Part shown: positions 12,414-23,830 of the stretch, piece after piece | Position numbering within the stretch: position 1 is the stretch's first letter | How the letters are laid out: the number at the start of each line of letters is the position of its first letter | Assembly: GCA_026025795.1 (NCBI GenBank) | Contig: JAPEUG010000043.1 | Coordinates: forward strand, 1-64,000 | Origin: Thelocarpon superellum | Taxonomy: Eukaryota | Reading direction: 5' to 3' | Length of the DNA: 64,000 bases | Made by a program: the position numbers and the translations under genes | The notes under the pieces: model-generated | What the model was told of the DNA's origin: nothing | Seen by the model: the letters and a program-made list of their open reading frames with translations, nothing else | The model's database searches: none

Positions 12414-13489
12414 GATTAATAATATTTTAATAAAACATTGTCCCAGGAACAGACTGTCATGTACAATTAGAAGGGTCGACCGGCCGTCGTAAGCTGGCAT
12501 TGTACCGGCTTCAAAGACCAAGGCCCTCGCCGCCCTGCAGCCCTCCGGGCGCCGATTCGGACCTCAGTTTGGCGGCCAAACCTGGCCGGCTCGATTTACG
12601 TTAGCCCGTAATCGTATATCCATGGGATGCTTCAGGAACATTGCGAGGCGGACGCATTGCCCCATGCAAGCGCACCTCTACCAGTAGCCCCAGGCTCAAA
12701 GTAAGCGAGGAGAAGGAACGAGGAATCATCACGGAGACCTATGGATAATTGTTCCATCGGTGCGCGCTGCTGCCCTACGAGTACACACGCGCGATCCGGG
12801 TAGCCCCTTGCGCCACCGTGGGTGCGTTGGGGTTGCGCCGGGGCATGCAGGGTGCGACGCGAGCGGGCGCGTGGTGGTCACGGCAATCCACACGCCGAAT
12901 CACGTGTATAGTGAATGATGCTCGTCTTGTCCTGATCAGACGCTATCCGATCGAGCTGCTTCTTACCAAAATTCATGCGCTTCCGGACTCAATGCAAACC
13001 ATGACCACCAAGTCTGAGCGGTGGATCGTCTCTGACCCAGAGCAAGACCAAAGACCTATATGGAACACGATAATCAAGACTCTGCAAAGCCATCGTAAGT
13101 GCAGTCGAGGCCTCGGAACGGAAGGCAAAGGAATGATTCTGAGGTCATCGGAGGCACAGGCGATGGGGGTGGCTTGTTGCAAGCGGCGCACGACGTATGT
13201 TCCCTGGTACGTACCTCGTACCATTGCCGCAATATCAACAACGCCGCAGCATTATACCTCACACAGGCCTTCTATAAGGCACATCTTTATCCATAGGGTA
13301 TATGTGACGATGAGCTGAATTTTATGCGCAATTTCTGTTGTGGCACTTGGGTGGTGATCCGCAATCCTCCCCGCTCAACTCAACACGGTCACCAGAATCA
13401 ATTCCACGCGTTTAAAAAATGGCTTGTCCCATCGCGAAGTGTTTTGTTGCACCTCAGCCTGAGACGGTGACGCTTAGCATCTGCCTACC

Positions 13490-14314
13490 ATGCTTCCTTC
13501 TCTTGCGCTCGCCACGCTCCTCATACTCCTGGGTCTCAGTCAGGAGGTCCATGGTATGATCGGCGACCTGGCATGGTCCTACAAGGTGGTGAAAGCCCTG
13601 GACTCGCCTCTCAACGAAACCCAGCGCGAGGTGTTCGGGAGCAAATATGACCAAGGCTCCCCCCCGCTCTTTCTCTACGGTCAGCTTGCCCAACATACTT
13701 CCAAGGTCTGCCGTCAGCTGACTGGACTTGTGCAAGTGCGGCCTCACAACGACTCGGCAAATCCGGGTGCTCCATTTGATACGGGAATCACCGATGACGC
13801 GGACAACAAAGCCGGGTTTGAGCATTCACCATGGAATAACTGGGCTCTCAGGACCACGTACATCCAACTCGGTTCTCGCAGGAGTCCTCTTCTTGGTCTC
13901 AGCCTGGCTCTCGCGCTTCCCAGTCACCTGGCTAAATGGACGGTACAGATCTCTCAGACCGGGTAAGTGAGGTCTCCACGCTGGCCTGGCGGAATCCACC
14001 CAACCGCTATGACCGGGACAAGTCCAGCACTGACTGGGCCATCCAAGCTTCAAATATCCACGGAGAAAGTTTACAGAGTGGAAGTGGGAGCCGGCGTTGC
14101 AGCACGATGGTCAGCCTATCACGTGGTACAGTGAGTGGTGGAGCAAAGCTGCTACCTTGGAGCCTGCAAGCACACGAGGGTCGTCGCTGATGAGGAAGCA
14201 GATTGCCCAAGTAGTGATCCAGAAGGTGAACTCATGTGGAGTACTGACCGACAGCCCTTGACGGTCGACCACGACTGTGTACAAGTACTGTTGATCAAGG
14301 CGTCTGCCAACTGA
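13490..14314 (+). CDS. Orphan secreted protein (about 203-222 aa), spliced
   Basis: Signal peptide MLPSLALATLLILLGLSQEVHG; introns 13963-14047 (GTAAGT..CTGAC..AAG) and 14131-14201 (GTGAGT..CTGAT..CAG) keep frame to ...WYNCPSSDPEGELMW...DCVQVLLIKASAN*; possible in-frame intron 13680-13736. Confidence 0.65.
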
Positions 14315-14824
14315 ATCCGCGTACAGCAGTCCAGGAGAAACTGACCGCATCTCTTGGTAGAAGCAAAGACTTGATGAGTCTATGGCCGGCCGCTCCATGG
14401 CCCGCCCCACGTCCAGGCTGAAGATTCTACAACGTGGTGAAAGAGGTATTCGGGTGCGGAAGAGCCTCATTTAAATTATGTTTTATGCAAAAAACCTGCG
14501 CCCAGCCTCGCCCAGGCCTGAGCATCCTGACCATTCCTTCAGCAGTACGCTGCCTACCTCGGGGATGTTCGTGAGTCGGTCCACAGGAGAAGGATCCATC
14601 GGTCCAGATGTCCATCCTTTCTGGCCTGGCCTAGCGAGCTAAGTGTAGATGAAGGGCGAGACACCGAGGCAAGCCACTGCCGTTCCGCACCAGGGGAACA
14701 CCATAGATAAGGGGGATGCCGCCCCTACCACGGTAGCGTAGGTACAAGGGTCGAGAGTCGTGCTGGTAGATCTCCCAACGCCGGCGCGATTAGATACGAT
14801 GCACTTCGACCAAGGACGGCTGGC

Positions 14825-16947
14825 TCAACAGCTCCAGACGCCCACCATGCCATCCTTCCGCCCCTCGATTAGATACCCATCGTTGATCCGGACCCGCTCT
14901 ACGACGGCGGGATGCCGTGCCTTGGTTTCCACCGTGACGCCAGCGCCGCAATCCCAGTGGCGCCCCTCCGTCTTATCGTAGATCTTGGCGAACTCTTCGC
15001 CCGCGGCCGAGGCGATGCGGCGACCGTCGAACTGCATGCTCGTCACCGCGTGATCGTAGGCAAAGGCATCGTGGATGGAGCCGGTACGTAGGTCCCAGAT
15101 GCGGATGCTCCGGTCGAGACTGCCCGTGACCAGATGGACGTCGTCGAACTGCAAGCACGTGACGGGGCCGGTGTGGCCCACCAGACTGCGATGCACCTGG
15201 CCGCTTCGGAGATCCCACAGCCGGACCATGCCATCTGCCGTGCCGCAGGCGAGCGCCGCGTCGAAGCACTGCAACGCCCCGACAAAATCCGCCGAGGCGT
15301 CTGGCGTGCGCCCCGTCTGCCGCCAGGTCGTGTCGCCCGCACCGAGGCTGGAGGAGGCTTGCGCTGCGGCCCAGAGCACGTCAAGCGTCTGCACACATCG
15401 ACCCTTCTCGAGATCCCACTGCCGGAGCGTCTTGTCGGCCGAGCCGGAGACCAGGGTGTTCCCTTTGAAGTAGAGCGCGGTCACCTCGTCCACGTGAGCT
15501 TCCAGACTGAACAAGGCGCAGTCTTGCATGCTCGATGACGGTGGCGGTGGGGGCGGCGGTAAGTCGTCGGGATTCTCGAAGCCGAGGCCATCATCGTCAT
15601 CGTCTTCGTCATCCCCCGCTCGAACGCGCTCGTCGGGCGGATGATAGTCCGCGCGGCTGAGGTCCCACAATCGGATCGAGGCATCCATGGACCCGGTCGC
15701 TACGATGTTATCCTCCACCTGCAGACATCGCACCGACGCATGGTGTCCTTCCAACAGGCCCATGCAACGTCCGGCGTGGAGGTCCCAGACGCGAACCGTG
15801 TCATCAAGCGCCGCGGTCACCATGGTACCAAAGGGCACGTCAAAATCCATGGCCGTGATGATGTCGTTGTGGGCTTGGATCTCCCTGATGTTCGATCCGG
15901 GCTCAAAGTGTTCGTGGAGGATGGGTACCGACTTCCGCCGGACGGATTTGTGTCGTCTGGTTCGCGGGGAGGGGATCTTCTCGTAGATGGATTCAGACAT
16001 GAATGAGGCGCCGAGCGTCTGCGCCGACGCCGGCCCGTCCGATCCGGCATCCGACCGGGGATTAGGAGGCGTCCGTAAGGCGGCCGCCTCGTCCTCGAGC
16101 TCATCTTGCATGTCCTCAATGCGGTGGTGTACATCAAGAACTGCGCCTCGCCATCAGTACCAGTAACGCGTCGCGCGGATCCTCATGAGAGACTTACTGT
16201 CGCGCTCTAACAAGGCCTCTTCTTGTTCCAAATCGGCCACCCGTTCCAAGACGATGCGCCGCATCTTATGCAGGTTGGCGATCTTCTGATCAATCTCGCG
16301 GATCTCGGCGCTTGCCATGTTCTTTCTGACGCCAAACATCTCGAGCCGGTGATCCAGCTTCTCCCTCTTGCTCTGTAGCCGTGCGAGCGTTGGGGCGGTC
16401 TCGTCATCGTCGGGGTCCTCCTGTCCCAAGAGCCTCTGACCTCGCGAGTTGCTTCGCCCATGGTCCCTCTCAGACGCATCTAGGGGGTCGGGCAAGGTGG
16501 CTTGGAAGCCCTCGAAGAGCGAGTAGGCGTTGTCATCTTCCGGGATGTTGGTCAAGAGCTCGTCCGGCACGAAGCTGAGGGCGCGAGATTGAATCTCGGA
16601 TGAGGACAGTTTCGCCCGGACAATCTCGGAGGGAGACGAGTGGACAAAGGAAAAGACGCGACGCTGCAGATTCGGTCGGCGCAACTCTTTGTGAATCTCG
16701 GTCAAGGCATTCTGGTAATGGCTGGCGCCGCCCGACTCGGTCAGCGGGCCGAGGAGATGGGTCGCTGTCGTGGACACCTTCCGGCTGAAGGCCTCGATAT
16801 TGCGCGTCTGGCCCGTCAGGTAGCTGCAGCGGCGGGGAAGGGTAGAGCAGGCCTCACCGAAAGTGCATTGGGGAGAACGGAATCGTCTTGGAAGGGATTG
16901 GATAGCACGACTGATGGCGAGGTCTCGTGGCCACTCTCGCCGGCCAT
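14825..16947 (-). CDS. MDV1: Mitochondrial division protein Mdv1/Caf4 (coiled coil + WD40)
   Basis: [78 protein letters not shown] 16947 inferred. Confidence 0.92.
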
Positions 16948-17762
16948 GCGTCCGTCCACGTCGGGACGGCAAAGTGCCGAAGACGTGGGTTTAGAAGCGA
17001 TGCCTCTCACTTTCGGATGGGACCGACCAGCGAAAGCCTGTGGAGATCGTGGAGGGGGAAGATCAAGGGTGAACGTGACGATACATTATATGCACGGGTG
17101 TCGATGCAGATGACTGGAGGTAGACATCACGCCGGATACAGCACAAGCGACGACAGCAGTGTGGCGCTTCGCAGGGCGAGTACTTTGTTACATGATGCGC
17201 GGTGGCCCCGACAGAATTTATCCGCCGTTTCGAGGAGCCGGTCAGCATCTGGCACGGACCGAGTATCGTGTGCGTAAACGACTTCATTCTCATGACAAAT
17301 GCCATATACGTAAAAGCTTGGGAAACGGTGCGTTCTTGTGGGGACTGACATCCTGGAGAGATCTTGACACTGCTCCAAGACGGCTTCAAACAGCCGTGTA
17401 TAAGATGCCACAGGCTTCTTCAATCGCATGTGCATTTATGAGACCGTAAAAGCGAGCACCTGTGGTCCTCCCACAATCGGCCTTAGTCCTGTGCTCTGGT
17501 CTCACGACCTTTCAGCAGTGTGTACCACGCCACTACCTGTGTGTGTACATGTCGCACCGAGGGTCAGGTCAGCACAAGTCTACCCACTTGTGGACCGGAG
17601 CGGTGGAGGGTGCTGGCATCACCGGCGTCCTGACCCCTCCTTACAACCTCCTCGCACGCTCCGCAGGACGTCCTCGGAAAAGGATTCTCTATCCAACTAG
17701 TCATACCATCCGTCGATCCTGTACCCAGCTCTCTCCCCTGTGTCGAAGCAGAGACCGTCGAC

Positions 17763-18730
17763 ATGGACACCGCGATTGATCTCTCCGATGCCACAGCCGC
17801 GCTGAACCTCAACAATATTCGTTTCCAGCTTATGTGAGGAACACTCTTGGTCTATTCCCTATCACGGAGGCTGAACTATGGTGCAGCCGGCTTGAGGATA
17901 CCATCACGTTCCACTTCATCGAACGGGTGCAGTTCCCATTGAATCAGACCATCTACGTGCAAGGAGCGCTGCAGCTACCGAACGCGAAATTGAGCTTCCT
18001 GGACTGGATGCTCCAGGAGCATGAGCGGCTCCACTCGAGGGTCCGGCGTTATCAATCACCCGACGAGTACCCTTTCTTTCCCGAGGTCTTGGAGACGCCC
18101 ATCCTCAAGCCTCTCCATTATCCCGTCATCCTTCATCCGAACCTTGTCAATGTGAACGAGAAGCTCAAGCGCAGCTACGTCGACCATATCCTGCCGGCCG
18201 CGTGTGCACGCTTTGACCGCGAGGATCGTGGAGAGACGCAAGAGAACTATGGTTCATCCGTCACGTGCGATGTGGCGTGCTTGCAAGCGCTGTCGCGCCG
18301 CATCCACTTTGGCAAATTTGTGGCCGAAGCCAAGTATCGACAAGAGCCTGAGCTCTACGCTCGCCTGATCCGCGCGGAGGACCGCAAGGGCCTTGCCGAC
18401 GCCATCACCAACACCAAGGTCGAAGCCATGGTGTTGGACCGACTGCGACTCAAGGCGAAGACGTACGGAACCGATCCGAGCACTGGCGCTGCAGCACCGG
18501 GGAAGATCAACGTGGAGGCGGTGGTGGCCATGTACCAGGTTGGTCGTCACCATCGGACGTCCCGCAGTAGCTGACTGATGGTTGCTCAGGACTATGTCAT
18601 CCCGTTGACCAAGGAGGTTGAAGTGGAATATCTCATGCAGCGACTCGATGAGCCCGCCGATGCGTCAGCAGAGACGGGACGAGGACCCATGGAGCCTATG
18701 ACGGCTGCAAGAACCGTTCCACGGCCTTGA
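17763..18730 (+). CDS. ARO7: Chorismate mutase (eukaryotic AroQ-type), 3 exons
   Basis: LNNIRFQLI/RLEDTI (intron 17834-17886), RRYQSPDEYPFF, LQALSRRIHFGKFVAEAK, intron 18539-18589, YVIPLTKEVEVEYLMQRL, then an extended tail to TGA 18728-18730. Confidence 0.95.
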
Positions 18731-19683
18731 CGGCGCCTTCAAACTTAGACGCTTCGATGAGAATGACGTGACCCTGTGGCTTGATGCCAAGCTCTTGAAA
18801 GGCTCGTTTGCTGTCTGAATGTCCCTCATCCTTTTCCTTGGCGTAGGCATAGGTGGCGTGTGCTTGTGCGTGTCGATGCAGCACTTCGTCTTCTGGGTGA
18901 AAGTAGAAGAGCTCGCCGTCTGACGAAGCCTTCTTGGCTTTCTTCGGAGCTGGATGATCCTCCTGATCGAGAGCGGATGGCACCTCTAAGTAGGTTTTGG
19001 AGAGGACCAGGTAATGTGAGAAGGCGTATGGCTCCTTCTCTTCCACCGCCCAGGAGATCTCCTCCAGTAACATGGCGTACATGGGCGGCACCACCTCCGC
19101 GGGCACATTGACCAGCCTCTCGGTCAAGATCAGGCCCACTTGAGAGCCAGAATCGGCACGCAAGAGTTCTCGTAGCTGCGATGCTGACGACGACTGGCTT
19201 CGGTCCGCGACGTACCTTATCAGGGCCTTGATGACGGGAACGTCCTGAGTCCAAGGTCAGCTCCAGAGCCATCATCAAGTCGTCGCCTACGTACACGATG
19301 CTGGTGCAGATTCAGCACGGTCAGGAAGGCATACGGGTCCGTCTCGTTGCCGTCGACCTTGACGGTCGACCCGAGTAAAGGTTGAGACAAGATCAGATCC
19401 GCCAACGCGGACAGATCGAACAGCTCAGCATCCACATCGAATAATTGCCGCAAGAGCGTCTTCATGCCATGGAAATCGTGGGCGGGCTGCGGGTCAAACC
19501 ATTCAAAATCCACGTTGACCATATCCAAGTCCTGGCGGGGTCACCACCATCAACTCTGCACTGATCACGATCCACCCGTGCTCAACGTACCTCATCGTCA
19601 CCAGAATCGGAATCCTTTGGGTCATGATCCATCTTTGATACTTCCCGGAGCTCGTCAGGCCTGGCGTGCTTTCGTTTACCCAT
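18696..19683 (-). CDS. BCP1: Bcp1/BCCIP (p21-C-terminal-binding family), 3 exons
   Basis: MGKRK...; [60 protein letters not shown]. Confidence 0.92.
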
Positions 19684-20028
19684 ACTGAGAGGTCGAACCT
19701 GGGCACTTTCGATGTGAATTTGATGTTGTGGGTTCTATCCCGGTAAAAAGGTATAATGCCTTAGGCACAAGTGCGGGCGCTGCAGCCGACCGTGGGGCCG
19801 CAGTCCAGTGATGCATTCGCCTATGAGCGTGACCTTCGCGGTGCATTTCCATTCGTCCTTAGGTGATGGACTTGTTTCGACCTTTCATATCGTAAGACTC
19901 ATAGACGCATCTACTAGCTTCCTAAATTGCCGTGATTGGAACACTCCATGTCTACATCACAGGCCTCACTCGTTGATTTGCGATCTCTCTCTTCCCTCCG
20001 AGGATCTCTCACCCAGATTGTACCGTGA

Positions 20029-20388
20029 CTACTTATGGCTCCGGGCCGGCTCATAGCCTTCAGTGTCGCCTACCAATGCGTTCCAGGATGCTAAGCGTAG
20101 TGATACTGACGGTGGATGCATCTTCTCTTCATACGGAGGCGGGGCGCCGCCGATCTCGGTTTGCGCCTCGTCTAGAGCCCAATCGTCTTCATCCGACGCA
20201 TGATGATGGATACCTTCCGCCTCTGGTAGATGGCCTTTCTTCGTCGCGGGAAGGGAACCATCGTGGCGCTCTCGGGACTCCGAGCTCTCTGCATCCTTTT
20301 GGGCTGCGGCCTTGGCCTTGTGGGCATAATGTGCTTCCCTGACAAGGCCGATGCCGGCTCCAAATCCTTTTACGAGGAACTGAGCCAT
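20029..20388 (-). pseudogene. Apparently truncated N-terminal fragment of a fungal hypothetical protein family
   Basis: MAQFLVKGFGAGIGLVREA...DEDDWALDEAQ...PPPYEE resembles the start of longer fungal proteins; I found no continuation before the BCP1 promoter. Confidence 0.45.
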
Positions 20389-21265
20389 GATCACAATGTG
20401 ATGTGGGTAGAATGAAGAGGCTCACAGCGGTCACGTTACAAGACGGGCACGGCTAGGTGTGGCAATGAAGTGAGCTGTGGCGGCGCTACTAGCATGATGA
20501 TTATGGGTGGATTTCACTCTGCAAGTGGACAAGGCTCGCAAATCTCCGATCAGCAGCCAGCGGTCGTGTCGCGGAACAGCCTGTCAGTCCGTAATTTCCA
20601 CCATTGAATGAGTCGGTCGGTATCTGGCACGTAACGCCTCTTGTTGGGGCTAGGTGGGGGGGCGGTTGTCGGGGACCGATGTATCCGACTCGTCGGCGTC
20701 AGCTCGGCCACATCTCACTTTGGACGTGCATGGTAGCCGATCCGGTGCGTGATGGTTGGACAGTTCGGCAACCACCATGAACGGTCGAATGGGGCAGGCG
20801 GAGTACCACAGATCTCGTAGATGTGCCATAGCAACGTCCATGGACGATCAGCCCCGAAGAGGGCTGCTTGCAATTGCACCATCACAAAAACTGCAAGGAT
20901 GATCCTGGGACCATTGGATCATGTCCCGGTCCTTCCACTGAAATCAATCCGGTCTGGACCAAAAGGCTCAGCTGGTTCATCCGCCACTCTGTGCACCAAG
21001 GGTTCGGGCCGTGGATGATCGAGCGTTGGCGCCAGATTGCGGCTCGGCCGTGGAAGGTGGATCTAGAAGTACCGGGGGCGCCAGCACATCTGCATACGAT
21101 GCGGCCAATCGGAGGACCAAGATGGAGCGAGCTAACATAGTCTTAGTCATCACTGGAGCGAGGGGCCAGGAGCCATGCGCGTTGAGCCGTCGTTAACAGA
21201 TCATCCGCGTCACGATCATGGCAGACCTTGTCTGTGGACCCCTGGTCTGGAATGACGGGATGAAG

Positions 21266-21313
21266 GAGAGCGAGAGCGAGAGCGAGAGCGAGAGCGAGAG
21301 CGAGAGCGAGAGC
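21266..21313. repeat. (GAGAGC)x8 microsatellite
   Basis: Eight perfect copies about 240 bp upstream of the Zn2Cys6 gene. Confidence 0.95.
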
Positions 21314-21549
21314 GAGCACGTTGACTGTAACGACTGACAATCTTCCCACTTGAACATTCCCCGCCGTCAATGACGCATGAGAATGACACGCCTGAAGACA
21401 GGACGGCAAGATCTACCGTCGATTCTAGCGCCCTGGTACGTCTGACCCCGCCACGCACGTGCAGGAGTGAAATGCTTACGGCGCCATGAGTGGCAGTGAA
21501 GCCGAAAGGCCGCGCTTGGCGGAAAAGTGCATCTACTATAGATCATGCC

Positions 21550-23043
21550 ATGCCGGAGCAAGAGGTAGCGAAGGCGTCATCACGGCTCTTCCACAAGAAA
21601 TCGAGGACGGGGTGCCAGCGATGCCGAGCTCGTCGGGTGAAAGTAAATCCGCCATTTCTCTACATCATTTCCCCTGCCACCACCGTCGCCCTTCGTGTTT
21701 TCGTCTCCATCGCAGCGGCGCGATTCTTGACCTCGCACAGTCGCCGGGGCCGCTTCCGTTGGTCACTGTGTTCTTGGCGTGCCACGAATCCTTACTTCCA
21801 TCAATCCACAACGGATCGTCTTCTGCTCATCTGCCAACATCCTTTGAACCTGGAGGGGTGACGTTCGCGCGGCCGCTGAACGGCAGGCGTCGGAGTAGCT
21901 GACCGTCGACAGTGCGATGAGGTCCATCCAGTCTGCGGCAACTGCCAGCGCTACCAGCTGTCATGTATCTACGAGCAGAGGAACTCCAGCCGCACTCCCG
22001 AACCACGAAGCACGGAGAGTCGACGAGCATCCTCTGAATCTGAGGGGAGCGCGGCCTTGAGCACGAGCAGCACAACGGCCGACCCTCCGGAGTCTCGCAG
22101 ACGGCGTCTTCTGGAACTGGGACTGCTTCACCAGTACACGACGAGGACGAGCCTCACATTTCTGGCAGAGACGTCCTCTGCAGCGGCGGAGGTCTGGACC
22201 GGCTCAATCCCACGGATCGCTCTCCAATACGACGCGCTCTTATATTCGATTTTCTCCCTCGCCGCGCTTCACCTGCATTCAACGGATCCCAACAACCAAG
22301 AAGCTTTGGATGCGTACCGGCAGTACCTCGACTTGGCCCTCCGCGAACACCGGCATGATGTGACGCATCTGAGTGAGGCCAACGCTGATGCGGCGTGTCT
22401 CACGTCCTCTCTGCTTCGGATGGACACCTTTACGACCCTCCAACAACGGCCACTGCATCCATACATCCCTCCGACACAATGGATGCAGATGACGAATAGC
22501 GCGGGCAAGGTCTTGAAGGCGGCGTGGAGGTGGATCGAAGGTGGCCAAGCCTCGAACATCCGCATCCTCTTGATGAGAGAGCCCCTTTGGTCGCCCCTCA
22601 ATCAAGAGCTCTTTTGTGAGAGCAATCGAGAGGGCCTCGCGCATCTGCTCCGACGGAACCCCGCCGAGGGTCTGGCCGAGCCGTGGGATGCAGAGACCGA
22701 AGAAGCCTACCACTCCACGTTGAGTTATCTCGGCAGCGTCCGGAAGGCAATCGCCGCGCACGAGGCGCCAGCCGATACCTGCCGACGACTCATGATCTTT
22801 CCCCTCATGGTGCCGCCCCGCTTCATCGATCTGGTGGAAGAGCAACGGCCCCGTGCACTCGTGATGCTTGCCTACTTCTTTGCTCATCTCACCAGCTACA
22901 AGAACGTGTGGTGGGTTGGGGATGTCGGGCCGCGCGAGGTGCATGGGATCCAGTCCATTCTCCCAGCTGAGTGGCAGCATCTCATGAGCTGGCCGCTAAA
23001 GGCGATGGACGAACGAGCGGTACCCGTAGAGCTACTCATGTAA
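21550..23043 (+). CDS. Zn(II)2Cys6 transcription factor, Upc2/sterol-uptake-control-like architecture (about 407 aa)
   Basis: HKKSRTGCQRCRARRVK/CDEVHPVCGNC...C split by intron 21643-21912; LELGLLHQYT, LLYSIFSLAALHL, RALVMLAYF, WQHLMSWP. Confidence 0.9.
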
Positions 23044-23263
23044 GGCCATGCGGCCGTACTATCCAGCCGCTCCATTTCCGCCGTTTCACCTCGTGCGAGT
23101 ACAGCCGCTCCGCGATGCTCCACTACTGTGTCCGTCAGGCCCTATTGCGGAAGATGCAGTGCGGTGCACTACTACAGTGTTGCTCAAATGGGAGATCGTG
23201 AAATTAGGTGGCCGTTCCTATCGCCGCCAACCGCGTGTGCGGTTGACTGATTGGCGGCCTCGG

Positions 23264-23300
23264 TCTCGCTTTCGCTTTCGCTCTCGCTCTCGCTCTCGCT
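23264..23300. repeat. (TYTCGC)x6 microsatellite, reverse complement of the GAGAGC repeat
   Basis: tctcgc tttcgc tttcgc tctcgc tctcgc tctcgc t. Confidence 0.85.
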
Positions 23301-23830
23301 GTGGCCTTCATTCCCTAACGGGTTAGCTCTGGCCCCCGTCGCTGCATCCCCGTGCATTAGCGTGGCAGGGGAATGTCATGTCGTCGAAGCTTCTCTTGAT
23401 TCGCCGCATCGTACGCGCAGGCGTGCCGGTACTCGTCGAGCACGACGTCGGCTTTGATACATGCTATGGCAGTCGCTGCGAGGACGCGTTTGCCGGCGAC
23501 GTTGGTTTCATCTCTGCAGGGAGGCTAATCTCACACGTTAGCATCGGCAGTCCTGATACATTTCCTTTACGCTGTAGGAAGGGTCCAGTGGAAGGAAAAT
23601 GCGCTGCGGTGTATATCTACCACGCGGTGTCTCTTCGATGGCCGCTTCTTCAGGCTCGAGACGGTGTTCATGGACGTCAGCAACGACGGATAGTGAAAGA
23701 ATTGATCGTCCTCTTTTCTTCTTCCTCTACGCCTTCTTCTTGCACCCAATTGCCTCGTCGTCTTGACCCACGGAGTGTCTCCGCTGTCTTCCTTCTCAAG
23801 CCGCACGACCGCCCCGACGCCCTGTCCGCC

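Noticed and set aside
12749..13318. 189-aa ORF on the plus strand
   Set aside because: TTG start, no recognisable motif, codon pattern unlike the real genes
20821..21196. Trp-rich short ORFs considered as a transposon or gene remnant
   Set aside because: No family motif recognised in the frames I examined; needs tblastx
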